DNA from: Yuukianura sp. NJ FZ-2021
Taxonomy: Eukaryota
Assembly (NCBI GenBank): GCA_046563655.1
Contig: CM102286.1
Location: 7,812,001 to 7,876,000, forward strand
Direction: 5' to 3'
Length of the DNA: 64,000 nucleotides
Below the pieces are notes generated by a model. It was not told where the DNA came from. It searched no databases and worked only from the letters and a program-made list of their open reading frames with translations. Made by a program: the position numbers and the translations under genes. Shown piece by piece: positions 40,201 to 55,200 of this stretch (within the stretch, counting starts at the first letter, position 1; each line of letters starts with the position of its first letter).

Positions 40201-43200
40201 GAATACCTCTGTTGATTTTTTTGACAAAATTGTTGTGAAGCTTTCAACTCCGGATTTTCTTTTCATTTCAACATTTCGTGAATCTTAATTTTGAAAACAA
40301 AATTTGAATGTTGCGTTTTGCAGTGAAAAAGACTCTCGAAGAGTTTGCTGGTTTAGGCAAACGCACGTAATTTGAATGGCTTCACCCTCGCAGTCTGCCA
40401 CCTTCGCAGCTTCAGCTTTTCACCTTTCTTCACGCATTATTTATGTGAGCAGTTTGAAATGTCCTTTGTGTGGGATTTCTAAACCTGGGGATATCCAGGT
40501 TACTTTGTCAATGGACCATACGGAATGCATAGTGTGTCAAATGAAACAGTGAATAGTAAAGGACTTTGAAGCGTAGGTGGATGGAGTAGGGGAAACTCCG
40601 GGTAGAATTGAAAAGAATAAGAATGGAAGTTGGAAATGAATCAGAACCAAAGAAACACCTTTTAATTGACTCAATTCACATTTCAATACTCACAGCAGTA
40701 CTCCAACTGAACCCGAGGTCTGTTTTAATAGGCTAGGTGTTATTTCTGGCTTGCCCGTGACCTATGATTTTAAATCTTAACAATACATAAGGTATACTGC
40801 CAATGCCTAGAAGTGACCCTGATCACACTCCTCCGTTTAAAACTTGAAGCGGAACTTTTGTTTACAGCCATTAGACTCTGCAAACCTACCACTTTTCAAT
40901 GACTCTTGAAATCTTGAAATTTATTTCATAACTCAAAATTTTTGCAATTGTCTGGAAAACACTGGAGCAGGTCCGCTATGAAGTTAAGGTGACACATACT
41001 CCATGTTATGCTGATTTATACGTGCTATTTTCTTGCTGTTATGCTAGGTTTTCTGAAAAAGTCGATATAACTTGACCCTCGTCTACTCTAGGTTTGAGCG
41101 GATGATGAAGTCCGAAGTGTCGAATATAATTAGACGCCAGGAGGAGAAAGCTTTCTCTCAGCCCAGCGATTTCTGGTTCCTTTTATCCCTCCAGCCGCAT
41201 TTCCAGCAGCGTCCAGCCTAGCCTTTCCCCGTTTGAACTTTCCCTCACTTTCCGTTTTTTCCATTGAGCAGACGAACACAGAAGAGAGCGGGAGTCAATC
41301 GATACTGGGGTGTCGGGGGAGGTCAATTGACTCAAGTCCAATTGAAGCAGACCCACAGCTCTTGTGCCAGCAGCCACCGAAACTCCAATTCTACTCCGCT
41401 CCAGTCCAGTTCCAGCGAATCCACTCCAGTTTTCTATGTCCAGCTGAAGCTCTTGTGTCATGGACATGTTAGGAGGTTAGAAAAGAGTAGGGAAATTGGA
41501 GAAGTGTGGTGGTGGAGAAAATTAGGGCCAAAAATGGAAATACCTCACTCGATTATGTCAACTTTACCCGGCGATTGGAAAGTGGCAGTCAATATGCTTT
41601 ATTGTGGAAGGAGGCTTTAGATTTTAGGCCTAACCTAACCTAACATTTCATTTTCCGATCAAAGTGGAAATTGGGAATTAGATGGAAAATGGATCTAATG
41701 CTACTCTATCGCTCAGTCGACTTTCCCAAAGGAAAAGGAAAATTCATTTGAACCTAAGAAGTGAGGCGTGTAATTAAAACTCCATTGTTTGTCTTATTTC
41801 ATTTCAAAAGGCAACAGGGATTTACAATTCAGTTAGGATTTACAACAATTTCAATTTCAGATTCGTACTAACCTTACCCAAAAAAATAGTAAAGACTCAA
41901 AAAAATATTGAACTTGAGTTTTTTTTTATAAAAACAAAAGGCACGGACGCTTCTTGTTCCTTTGTTCCGAAAACCAAAGCGTCTATACCCTTGACCTTTC
42001 AAACTTGAACTTGCACTTTGAAAAACTTGAAAAACCAATTTTGTTAAAGTAGCATTTGGATTTTTAAGTGTTTTTAGAGGAAGTGTCATAATTCATTTGC
42101 TGACTCGACGCACGACATGCAAATATTAAGTTTTCAACTTGCCCATTGTTTCGTAACTTTATGAGTCAAGATCATAAACAATGCAAATTCTTGCTTTTCG
42201 AGAGTTTTAATTTACAACAACTCGTTTTCTTCCGACAAAAATAATTAGCAGTTTTCCAAATTATGAGTTTCTTGAATTGTTGAAACGAAACTTTGCATTT
42301 TGAAAGCGGGATTTGAGCAAGAAAGAACCAATTTTTAAAAAGTAATTACAGGACTGATTCTTTTGTTCTTTTGTGAAAATAAACAGATACATTTTTTTCA
42401 AAAGGAAAACGCAGGCGCCACCGCTTCCTTAAGTGCTGCTTTACAGTTATGTCAAAGGTACACATGCGAAATACTCTTGACCTGCTTGACATGTGGTGTG
42501 GTCTTGCGCAGACGCACTTCTTCGGATTGGAAATTCAATAATTCCTTTGCCAACTTCTCAAATTACTTTTAATATTTCCGCATGACAATTTCAAATTCTG
42601 GAAAACGGGCAAAAGAAAATTGAAGGGTATGGCTGCTGTACTTTTTGAAACCTGACTACCACCACTTAAATTTGAAGAGTAAAATATTCATGAGCATATG
42701 TTAAGGCCCTCGATGTTCCGAAACGGCTCATGCTAATGCATATAATTTTACAGTTTCTTGGAAAAGTGTGAGCCCTTCTGGTTTAGGTTTTGGGTCCTTT
42801 ACCTTCCTTAACTGAAACCATAAGGGTACGTGTCCTTGAAAAAAAGATCCTGGCTGTATGTTTTTTGAAGGGATAAGGTCATGAGGTCTTGGACTCAAAC
42901 AGTTGTCAGGCATACTAAAAGAACTTGTAGTGTTATTACATGCAAAAGATTTGAAAAAGCAAACAGTTGTGTCCAGAATTTTGGACTTGGGTAGCCAAAA
43001 GTTGTGAAAATAGGAGGGAGGATATGCATTTTCAAGAACACACATGGAGGAAATGCTGGACTTGGAATAATTAAGGCGAAAAATCTGCTACATAAGGTCG
43101 TTTTTACAAAATTTTTGGAAAATGATGCTCGACATATGTAAAGCATCAAAACCATTTCCTCTCAAACACTAGCGTTCAATTTCTTACTTTGCCCTGCCAA

Positions 43201-46200
43201 AATTTTGAAGTCCAGAAATTTTATAAACCGTAAACTTAACAGTTTGTCGCAAATAAAAACAGCAGAAGCTTGTCAGAATTTTTGTCTAAAATCTTGAATT
43301 TATAACAGCGTTTGATCTGCCAAGGCCATGGTAAAAATTTTGAATGCTCTAGGAGGGAAAACTCAAAGACAAAGTTTTAGAGATGAGGCTTACTTTGTTT
43401 ACTTAAGCTTTCCTATATCTTTCAAATTTCCCCGCTTTGTTTTCAAACTGAAGATTTCTTTTTTTAGAGAAACGTCCCCTCTTTGGCCCTTGATTTAAGT
43501 TCCCCCTGTGCCCCGAAGATGACTTGATTTGAAACTACGCGGGTTCTTTTGAGTGACCATAGTGTTGTCGGAGAGTCCAGAATGCCCGGGAGATGATAAT
43601 GCGGGGTCGTCGAAGGCTGAGGTGCCCGCATTCCTCGTTTCCCAATTCCAATCCCTCAAAGATGACAATGTTTTATGCATTTTCTTTATTTCTTTTTACT
43701 TTAGGAGGAAAAAGGACGTTTCTTTTTCTATTTGCTTCCTTTCAACCATTTCCAATTTCCCTTATTTCCCAGGAACCTTTTTCCCCATTTCCTATTCTCT
43801 CTGAATGTAAATTCTCTGTGTATACATACTTTTCCTTTTTTCCAAAGTTACTTATGCACGCAGGAAAAAAGATCAAGAGACCAAAGACGCATCTTCTTAC
43901 CAAGTCTAATTCTTCCATTTTCTAATGTTTGTCCACTGCTTTTTTCACAAGTCTTCAAAAAGGGAGGAAAAAATAGAGAGAAAAACACCTCATTCTCTAC
44001 TTTTTTTTTTTTGGAAAAAAATTCAGCGCCATTCAAAATCCAATATTTGCCGCAAAATCTTGAATTTCTGACCATTTGAATTGTTCAAAACATCGGCAAA
44101 TTAACAGTTCGTTTTAATTTAAAAACAATGCTGTGTTTTACGTAGCTTTTATAAGTATCCGATGAAAAAGTGCATAAAACTTTGAAGAATTTTTCTTTGG
44201 TGTTGAATTTTGAAAATAATTTACTGCATACTATAAAATCTGGTTTTTAAAATTCAAAAAATCGAGTCCCCGCGCTCCAAATCCAATTGGTGGATTGGTC
44301 CGCTTCTGATTTGAAAAGAAAATGGAAATGAGAAGTTTGGTAGTCGTATGGCCGTCGTGTAACGGAACTGCTAAAGATTTTACAACTAAAAAGAATCGTG
44401 TGACACTGTAGAGCCGTTGTGAATTAATCGTAGTACGAAAGGGGTGATTTTTTTGTTATTCATCAAAATCTATTTAAAATAGCCAATGAAGGGCCTGGGA
44501 AGGGAAGAAGGGGGTTGAAAAATCAAAATCTGAATGGGAAGGCAATACGATGTGTGTGAGTCCTTACTTTTGATTATGTATGAAGGGCCCACTGTACCCC
44601 TTCCTTTCCATTTCAATCTTCAGCTTCAATGGCGGTAGATCGCACGCGAGTTTTAGAAAAAACTAATGTAAATGAACGTTATGGGTGCTAGATGCCAGGG
44701 AGCCCTTAGACTGTAGTCAGGGAGCCCTTCCATTGTGGTCCTTCGGAGATAAGTACACGCTTGGGCTTCTTTTCTTTTGGAATGAAAGGGTGCAAATTTT
44801 TTGGACTAAGATTCAATTCAATTTTTTATTTTTCAATTCAACTGCCAATCTTGCTCAGTAATTTTTTTAAACAAAAACGTCTATACACAAGTACTAAAAG
44901 CGGTTGACTATTATTAGGTGGATTGATCTCTAGCATCTAGGTTACGTTTTTTAAGTTAGGTTATGGTCTGGAGGCTTTAAATTTTTGAAGTATTGTGTTC
45001 CAATTCTCAAGGAGTTGAAGCAAGCAAAAGTAGGGGATCAGTCAACGGCTATTCCCCAACGTTTAACCCCTTTTGTAATTGAAAACTTAAGTTTTATACA
45101 AAGTCTTTGTTCCCGCAAAGTTTTTTGAAAAATACACGATCCAATTCTCAATCAGAAAGTGACATTGACGATTGACAAAGATTTTGAGGAATTGAGACGT
45201 CGTTTGGTCGCTGTTTCTTTTCTGTTGTTCAGCTTCTCCCCTTTTTCTTTTTCAAAAAAGGATTGAAAATTTTAGAATTTTTTAAAAACCGAACCTGAAA
45301 ATTAGATTTTAATACCACTGTGGGTGATGGGTTGCGTCAGATTACACTGACATTCATGGGTGGTAGGGCGCGATATTTAAAAAAAGAAGTTGTGAACCAA
45401 GTTTTTTAGTTCCCACCACCATGGATTTAATTTTTTACATTTTGAATTATACATTTTTTTCTTTCATAAAAAAGTGTAATTCAATTTTTTTTTTGAATCA
45501 CAAACGAACCAACCATATTGATGCGTTTGGCCTTTTGTATTTCCCTCCAGAATGGATTATCCATGGGCATATGGCGCCTTTATTTGCACCAACTCATTGT
45601 CAGTTCTGATTGGATGAAACATTTATTCGTTGGTGGCAGGCAAAAGCAATTTCGAAATCAAAATGGCGCTGAAAATTTCCATTCTTTTTAAACCTTGGTC
45701 ACCTTGGGGTCGTTGACCTCTCAGCGAAAAATGTCCTCGGCATTGTCAAGTATCCATGGTTACTAGGCCCAACGACAGGTTGCGTAATTGGATGCGCATC
45801 GAAGCGTTAAATTAACATGTCACTAGCAGCAAGAATTCTTTTCAATCTGGATGACAACCACAATTATTTCCTACGTGAATATTCTCCCGCGCAGAAAAAA
45901 TGACGCGAGGAAGACGAATTCTGCAAATGACATTCAGCACATGCGCACAACTTACTGCACTACACTATATGCCGTAACGACAGGAAAAGAAGGTGTGGAT
46001 GAGCATAAAATCCCATCAGGGAAAGTGAAAATTCCTAAAAATCCCGCGTTTTTAGAATAAGGGAAAAGCCAAAAAGCCTTTTACCTCTGATTCCTTGAAT
46101 CGTAAATGGATCTCACAGGCAAAGGGGGACTCAGTGGCGCTACTATTCGAAACTTGTACTTTCCCTATACATAATGTCCGGCACTGACTAGGTTAGGCAC

Positions 46201-49200
46201 TGGACTTCCCCTTCTCTTTTTACAATCCTCCGAATGCATGTATATGTACATTTTAGGATCCAAAAAAGATGTCCCGAGAGACCACTATATTAAGAGATAG
46301 AGTCCCACAAGAGATCTACTTTGGTCCAATATATTCTGGAAAGACAACGCAGCCTTGTGCTGGACTACTGGACTCCTCTGGACCGCCTGGATATGAATAT
46401 ATAAGTTCTGAGACTTTCCTGAAGGATTTTTTGAGAAAAAAGAAAGAAAGAAATCCCTTTGACTTTTTCTCTAAAGTTTCAATAGAAGAAAAGCAGAAAA
46501 AGAAGGAAATCCATTCCAAAAATCTATCCATCCATTCTAAAAAGAACATCATGAATCTCAATGCCCATTTTCAAAGTTTTCGATAGCTTTTTAGGTTAGG
46601 GAACGAGCATCTTTAGGCTGAAGGTAACCTTTTTCACTTTTTTGGAAAGTAAAATTATTTTCAAAAAAAAATGCACAAATTCCCTGACTATTTTTATCAA
46701 ACTCTGAAATCAAAGTTTGCCGCATTTTCAAAAATTTGTAATTACTCGAAAAAAAGCAGTTGAGCGTTCCACTTTACAAGAAGAAATTAAGATTTGTTTA
46801 ATTTTTTTCCCACTCTACGTTTTTTGTAGTGGTTTTTGCGGCAACATACGCAGGACATTGACTTTTCAAATTTCACGATCAATGTTATGCTACCTCGTAA
46901 AAAATACATAGATTGTCCTGGTTGGTCAACGTTTGTAAACTCCATTTCCTGTTTCTGAATTTCATCTTTTGGATTTTGGAAGGATCCAACAAATGAATGT
47001 TTAAAAGGCCTATTAGGAAAAATTCAAAAGTTAATTTTTGAATTACAGTAAAGTAGCCATACCAATTCACTTTAACTTCATTCATCCTCATTTCGTCACC
47101 ACAGGTTCTTTCGAAATTTTTCAAAAAAGTTCATTGTTGACACCAGGAGTTCCCTATTGTGATTGCCCTGAGAGGGGGACTTTGAAAATGGTCTCCCGGA
47201 GCGGCTTTCCGCAAAATTCTTTAAAAAATGGTCCGAACCTCTTCAGAAACGTTGATTTCCGATCTGCTGCTTCTAATGCAACTCTTTCATTTAAGAGAAG
47301 ATACAAACCTCATCCTTAGGATTGGTCCACTTAAAAGTTGATCAAGCGCTAGCAATCGGTGTTCAACTTTTTCAAATCTTTCAATCGGTGTTCAGCTTTT
47401 GAGACTCTGTGCTTCAAGAGGTTAGAGTCATTCATTTCCATGTTATGTACAGCCAGCTTCCTTCAAAAAGTTGAGGTCACTGGTGCAGAAAGGCTTGAAC
47501 CGCAAGCTGCCGTAAGACGCAAAGAAGATAAGTTCTCCAGCGCATTTCAACAATATTGAAGATGCGTTTACGTCCTTTCCGTGTTCAAAATTACGCTTTT
47601 TTTTAAAAACGGTTTGCGGCTAAGCCTCTTAATCGATTATAATTTGACATTCTGCGTGCACATTTTGAAATTCAAAAATTCTGAAATCCCAAATGATAGG
47701 TTTATTAGACAAAAGGTTAGACAGCGACAGCTTTTCAACAGCTTTTGCGTTTAGGGCGGAGTTGACTGATGAGCTGCCAATGTAAATTTGAAAAGTTTCA
47801 GCTGCCGCTTGAATGCGCTAAAAAATAAAACCGAAAAACTTTCATCTATTATCCACTTTTTCAAAAACCACCGCCACTCTGTCATTATTACCTCTTTGAT
47901 CCTCCTCAATTAAGAACTAATGAGCAGCAGCAAGCGACTGGGCATGTCCAGAACACTGAAACGCAAGTATGGGCGGATGACACGATAAGTGATAAAAAGA
48001 AGCTAAATGGCGCAACGCTTTGGCACCGTGTGCTTGTCCCACCGTTGCATGCCGATCAATCGTTGTGATTCGTAATCTAAATGACTGAACACGGCGCATG
48101 CGCACGGCATCATTAATTATACGAATAGGTGCTTCGAATGCAGGGAAAGGCTTAGGTTAGCCACCTAATCTACAATCGTGATTGGCCACCGCTTGCTCCA
48201 CCCCTCTTATTTGACTACGTAATTTTTTGTGGCTATAAAGGGTTGAAAACTTAGAGTTATGCATGATGCATGTTCTGAACATCAGCATATGTGTGAATAG
48301 AGTACATAAAGGGGGAAAGGTGTCAACATAATGAGCAGCTTTAGGTTAGGCCTACCCTGGCCCTTAAGGGTCCCCGAGACAAAAAATACCGTTGGCTCAA
48401 GGAACAACTGCTTAGGTTATGGACGGGCGAAGGAAGTCGTATCGTAAGCGTGTGCTTCTTCGTACAACACTTTTTATGATGATCTTGTGCAAGATGATGA
48501 AGAAAAAGAGTTAAGAATTGCTACGGGTGACAGGGAGCCGTTGAGCCTAAGCTTCCGTTTAAGAAAAGGGCCCTTAGAAATATGGATTCTATTATGCATC
48601 TTGGTCTTAAGGATCCTTGGTCCTTGTTCAAGTACCCCCCAGTACCCCTCCGGCCGCTGTTGTGGCTTCGACTTGAGCATTTTTATCACACATTTCCAAC
48701 TGGGATTTTGAAAAGAACGGGTCTACACTTTAGGATTTTTGGTTACTCATTTACATCCTAATGGAACGGGGAGGGCCCTTCTCTATTTTTTTACTGCGGG
48801 AGGGTTTTTTAAGGAGGGGGTCCTTTGGTGTGGTACTTCGGAGGGAGACACACCGAAATTCGGAGTAACAGTATTCCTTAGTCACCGAATATCCAAGAAC
48901 TACACCCTACAACAATTTTCATAATTTTGAATCATTCCACATTTTGAATTGGACTTGGAAAGGTTATGGACAAGTGACAAAGTCTATCCGAATTTAACCT
49001 AGTGCTACTGCTACAAATTTTGGAAATTTTTGCAAAAAGGAAACTTTTTAAATACTGTTCTACATAACTGTGGTGAATTAAGTGTTGGCGATTACAAGTT
49101 TAGTGGATGAGAAAAACTTTCTCCAGTGAAAATATTGTAAATTGAAAACTTTTTTGTGCAAATTGTATTGTAAATCTGAATGACCAAGCATTTCCGAAGG

Positions 49201-52200
49201 GAGCTTTCTAATGTGTGCTCCAAACTAAAGATAATGAAAATGAATGTGATACGGCGAAGATGTGCTGGAATTGGAGGTAAAGCGTAAACTTTGGTTCAAT
49301 TAATTGAAAATTAACACTTTCACCAATAATTACAATTAACCTAACCTAAGCAATTTAAATAGAAGTTCGCACCTTGCTAATTGAATTGTTTAACAATCAT
49401 TTCCTGCATATATACTTTCAAATCCGAAAATTGCAAATTGCTATAAAGTTTATTAGAATTTGAAAAATGTTTCGATTGAGTCAATTTCAAAACGGTGGAC
49501 AATTGTTTGAAACTGAAGTGCTGTCAATTTTGAAAAATAAAACATTTTAGAAAGAAAAGTCTTCTAAAAAATGAATGTATATTAATTTTTTTCATTTTTT
49601 TTTGTTGATTTACAGCTGAACCACTGAAGCGTCTCGAGCGAAGTTTAAATTCTCCAGCCACAGGTTGGTAACAGTTTGCTTTCTCCACTTTCTTCCGGAT
49701 GACTCCTTAGGTCATGCCTCCACTTGATACATTTTTGATAGTCTAAATGCACTTTCCAACCCTCTGACGGAACAGTAGTCCTACGATAACATCATCTCCC
49801 ATGATTGATGCTCAGAGTACTCCCCTACCCTAGTCAAAATCCAAACAATTTTTGAGGGGAAAGTTAGAATGCATGTGTTACATAATAACGACACTGATTT
49901 TTTTAAGTGCTCTATCTCCACTACTCCAGCTCTAGAATACTATTTCTGAGTCACAGAAAACAAATTCAAGGGCCCCATTCCCTCCCTTTACACATTTTCA
50001 CTCAAATTATTATAAAAACTACTTCTGTCATATAGTAACAATAGAAAATGTTCAATTTTTTAGCATAATAAGAGCACAAAATCACAAAAAGGGACATTTA
50101 CATATACGGACTAAATAGAATTTTTCACGTATTTACGTGCAAAGCACAAGGGGGCACAAAAATGAAAAAAAAGTGTCCCTCTTTCTATTATTCTTATGAG
50201 ATTTTGAGGATCTGTGGAAATTGAATAGAAATAGGGAAATAAGGGAACGTTATACGAAGGATTTCCTACTTTTCCACCAGCATCTGTGTCATTTCCTTTA
50301 CATAAAAAACACTTTTTCAGGGAAAAAAACGAAAAAGTAAACATTGGTCCTTTTCATTTCAGTTTTGCGCAATTTGAATTGCATATTTTTCTGTTCGTTT
50401 TTGACGGATCTTCTATTTAAAAGACTCATCCATCATTCCTTTATTCACTTTTTTTTTTTTCAAAAAAAAATAGTTCAAACTCCCATATCCTCCTTGCTGA
50501 GCGTCACATTTCACCCGAAACAGGATTTTTCGGTTTCTAACATAAACCGTTAACTTTTTTTTCAAAATGTGTCACACTAAAAAAAAAGGGCCAGTGAAAA
50601 CTGAATTTGAAATTTTGAGATGTGCATGATGTGAATCGTAATTTGAGGATTTTGTGCACTTCGGCAATATTTTTCAAAAGAGAGATCAATTAGAATCGGA
50701 GATTCCGTTTTTACTTATACAAAAAGATGGTTGAAATTCGTCATAGCCTAATCCGAGTTATAACTGGCAAAAAAATAGTTTGAAACGCTTTCAAAAATGG
50801 TGTGTAATGTATAAAATTAAGTTCAATTGAACCTAAGTTTTTGAAATTCGGATTTTTACAAACTCAAAGCAATTTATCAGATTCTTCCAGCCTACGCAAC
50901 TTTTTATAAACTTGTTAGTCTGTAAAGAAACTTCATGAAGATGATTTACGATGGCGAAGTACGGCAGGAAGATTCAGAAGAGGAAATTCGGGTATGTAGA
51001 TGAGCCGAGCAGAAATTGTTAGTCTTCTGGGCGTGGCTTGGGGATGTTTTGTCGTGTGTATTCCTTAGAAGGGTTGTGCATGTTTTTTATAGGGAAGGTG
51101 GAGATGTGAATAATTTGAGGACTGTCGCTGCACAAGGGAAGCCCAATGACTATGATTCAGTTGGATTTAAATTAACCCCTTTGAATTTGGTGTCTATTCA
51201 CAATTTAAATTTATGCGGGAAGCATTCTGGCCTTCCTTGGGCATCAAGCTCCCATTGCGCGCATTCACTTCTTCAATTATTTAATAAGCTTAGAGCCTCT
51301 CACTTGCCCCAACCCACCAAGGAAAGGGGTAGACGCAAAACCCGGGTATTTTTTTCAGCGGGAGCCACTAAATCCTTTAAGGTTCTTCGAAATCCTATCA
51401 ACTCCGCACTACAAAATTTTGTAACGACAGAATCCGCAATTTCAATTAATTACTTAAATTGTGGGCAAATTTAAGGCTTTACAGTTAACATAATTCTGGT
51501 GAGAAAAAAACTTGAATTTTTTTAAATAACTTTTTATTTCAAAAACTGTCACCGATTTTTAGTTTTCCTAGTTGGTATTAAAAATTTTGTAACGCAGATA
51601 CATGAATCATAAACTTTGAAAAACATTTTTATTTGCAAATCCTCTTGTTTAAAAATTTTCGCGTTGAAATTTTTTTGGACAAACTCTTCTGTTTTTAAAA
51701 TTTGTAGACAAATTTATTTTGTCAGTGTAGTAGAAGTTTTCCAAAAAAAAATGCCTTGGAAGGGTAAATAGCGAGTTTTTTAATTTGGAATAGTTGAAAG
51801 CGAAACCATTAGCGTGCGTTTGGATTATTCGATATTTTTGTAGTCACACGGGTTGAGGTAGGTTTTTTGAATTTGAAAAGAATATTTGTTCAGAATAAAA
51901 AATTGAAATGAAGGGTTTTATTTTTGGAAAGATGAAAGCTGAAAGATTATTCTTTGGATTTGGGAGGCTGCAAGCTCACCTTCAGCAGCAGTAGATTCTG
52001 AAGTCCCGATCAAGGCCTAGAAGTACCTCATATCTCACAGATCAACGTCATCATCCCAATCATCATCTCCCCATTCCAAGGGCCCTACCCCTTCAAGTCC
52101 TCTTTCTAAAATCAGCTACCAACCAACTGTAAATATGTACGTAGGCACAAAAAAGTTTTGTTACTGTCAACCCCTTTGCTTTTTTGGACCCGTGGAAGGC

Positions 52201-55200
52201 ATCAGGTTTAAAACTATTTATCATATTTCTGCATTCGGTCCCTGCCACTTCTATTTGTTCAGACTATAGCAAAGTACACACATCTTCCGCAAGGCAACCA
52301 ACCGAAACGAGTCCTTCCTAATTTAATGCTCGCACAACGCACAACAGCAAAAAATTAGAAGAAAAGAAGTCGTTTCAAATTTTAAAATAGGCGCTGCATG
52401 TGTCTCCTCTTTTGAATTCCTTTTTTAGTTGGATGCATTAGCATTATTATTTATTATTCGGACTCGCTAAAGAAATAAATGGAATAAAAAAAATTGAAAA
52501 AGTCTAGAACCATTTTCCCACTCGTCGGAAGCAACGGCGGCAGCAGTCAGTAAGTGGCCGAGTCAAAAACACTTTAAAAAGTTTTTTTTTTCATTTTAAA
52601 ATGACGGATGAGGTTTTTGACTTTTTGTTAATGGCTTCCAACCATCTTCATATTAGGCGACGCTTCCATTGTAGTAAATTTTAAATTTTGAAATTGGCAG
52701 TCCGTTTTTACTACTTTCTTTCTATCAAAACCAAAAAGTTAGAAAAGCTTTTAGAATTTCAATTTTAATTTCTTTTCGTTTTATTTTGTAACATTGTGTA
52801 GCGTCCAGCAAAAAACACAACCAGTAGGCCAGAATTTGAGCAATTGAATATTTTTAATGGAACTTTTTGAAAAGTAGTCGAAGGTGGATTTTTGTTTGAT
52901 TTTCAAAATAAGTGAAATGGAAAAGATACTGTGGGAGTAGGACTGTTCCTAAGTTATTTTCGATTTTGACTGGAACATGTCATGATTACATCTTGAATGT
53001 TGAATAAGGTTTCTTCCGTCTCACCGAAACTTTTCTACCATTTTGGGTTAGTTTGAACATGACAAACTAAAAAAATACTTTGTATTTTCTGAAAAAAAAA
53101 ACTTTGTAAAAAGATTTCGTGAAGGGAAAAATACAGGTGCTCAACAGATTGAAATTGGGGGGAAAAGTTCCATAGAATTTAAGTTTAAAATGAATCCGAA
53201 CCTTTTCCAATTTCTTTTCTTTACCTCAACAACTCCTTTCCCAGGAATATTATTAATATTTTACCAATGACTCAACAAATTTCACTTTGAAAATGAATTT
53301 TCTATTTTTTAAAAGTGAAAAAGGAAAATGTCAGTCACATTTAAAATTTTCAAAACTCCACCCACATTTTCCATTTCTAAAATAAACCGAAAGTTAAAGA
53401 TTCGTCTCAACCAGCCATAGCCAGTAAGCCGTCAACTAAAATGTGAATGGGCGAATATCTAGGGAATATTCAATTCATATCTCTCAGAATATTCCATCCC
53501 ATTTGATATCCATGACTTTATATGTCCACATTTCGAATCAAATGTACAGCTACGTTTCGAATTCTGCGTTTTACGGGGAGAAAAGTGGTAATGGACAACA
53601 AGCATAAAAACGTTATGAATATTTCACCATATCTTTCAAAATTTTACAATTTTTTGAGAATTCTCACTAACGATTTTGTACGATTTAAGAAGTTGCTGAA
53701 CGGCAATGGTAAATGTATAACCGAGTAGGTTCAAACTCTAAAAACATTTTTAGCGGTTATTTTTGAAATTCTCTTTTTTTAAGGTTGAATTATTAATTAA
53801 CTAATTAACCAATTGACTCTTTTTTTTTTAATTTTTTACATTTTAGGCATTAGACTCCAATTAATAAGACTAAAGAGCTGTAGCAATTAGTTCTCATGAG
53901 TTTTTCTAAGCAAATAGCAGTCTATTTCAAAGGAAAAGAAAATATTCTTTGTCTGCTGTCTCCCATGGCATTAGTTCGGAGGAGAAAATGACCATTTGCG
54001 TCCAGCTTTTAGTCCAAGCGTAGCTTCTGGCTACAATGTATTATATTCAGCGTTTTCTTTCACATGCTAAAAGGTTCTGCAACGTAATACTGCTGACAGT
54101 CTCCAGTATTTTCCCCTCGTCCATTTCCACTCTTCCAGGAAAGATTCTTCGCCTACAATCCCAATCGTCATTTCCTGCTAATTGACTTGCATTTCATTCC
54201 CCTCCCCTCAAACGACTTTCTCCCACCATCCCTCCTTCCCAATGCAATTTAATTAAATTTTGAATCTAACGAACGCCCATTGTCTCTTCCCTCTTTCTGC
54301 CCATGCGCTCTAGAGACTCCAAGCCTCCAAAATTCCGTAACGCCTAAAAATCTAATCTGTTCCGCTTGACTTTTTCTAAAAAGTTAAGAAAAGTTTGGAA
54401 ATTGAGGCTGGATTGGATACTTTAGTTTTCCCTTGTTTACAAAAGGACGCGACTTTTGATAAATGATGTCGTAATAAAGTAGAAGTGTAATAAGCTCTTG
54501 GGATTTGGCAGTAGATGATAAGGATTGAAGGGGTTTGGGAAATGGAAGATCGAAAGCGGGAGTTTTCAAACGGCTAGGCGAGTATTCTAAACAGATAAAC
54601 ATGTATTCCGAGAGGCATCTTAAGTCCATGTCCACTTCCAGGAACCAGGAAGTGGTTTCGAGGCCGCCCGCCGGATTTTTTGGGATCTTGGAGGATATCT
54701 CCATACGTTGAGAAGTTCCTTCCTGCTGACCACAAAGCACGGAGAAAGTCCAGCCAAATTTATTCCGACTTTCACTTCTTTCGGTTTTTATCCTTAACGG
54801 GAGGGGCGTTTAAGCTGCCTATGCTCAACACGCTGTCAACAGTTTAAGCATTTTGCTCATACACCAACGTTCCCCTCTGCGTTCTTTTTCTCCCGCTAAA
54901 AAACGGAATATTTTTGGCTGCATAAAGATGTAAGTTACACAGGAGGGCATTTTGGAAAAAGTGTCACGTCCCGCTGACCTCCCTTTTCTTCGTATCTTCA
55001 CTCCCGTGGCTCAACTTATGGGAGTTTCCCTGGAGCCTTTCTTCCTGCCCTAGGTTTGCATTGCTAGACGAAAACCGGGAGAATTTGAAAATTTGACTGG
55101 CAAACTTTCTCCTCCAGACCGCCCGCTTCTCAATATGCAGGAGGAACTGGTGCATGCGATCCAGAAACTTTTCTCTTAGCTTCGCACGCCATTCAATTCT

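Noticed and set aside
42728..43155. Overlapping minus-strand ORFs
   Set aside because: No coherent exon chain or motif.
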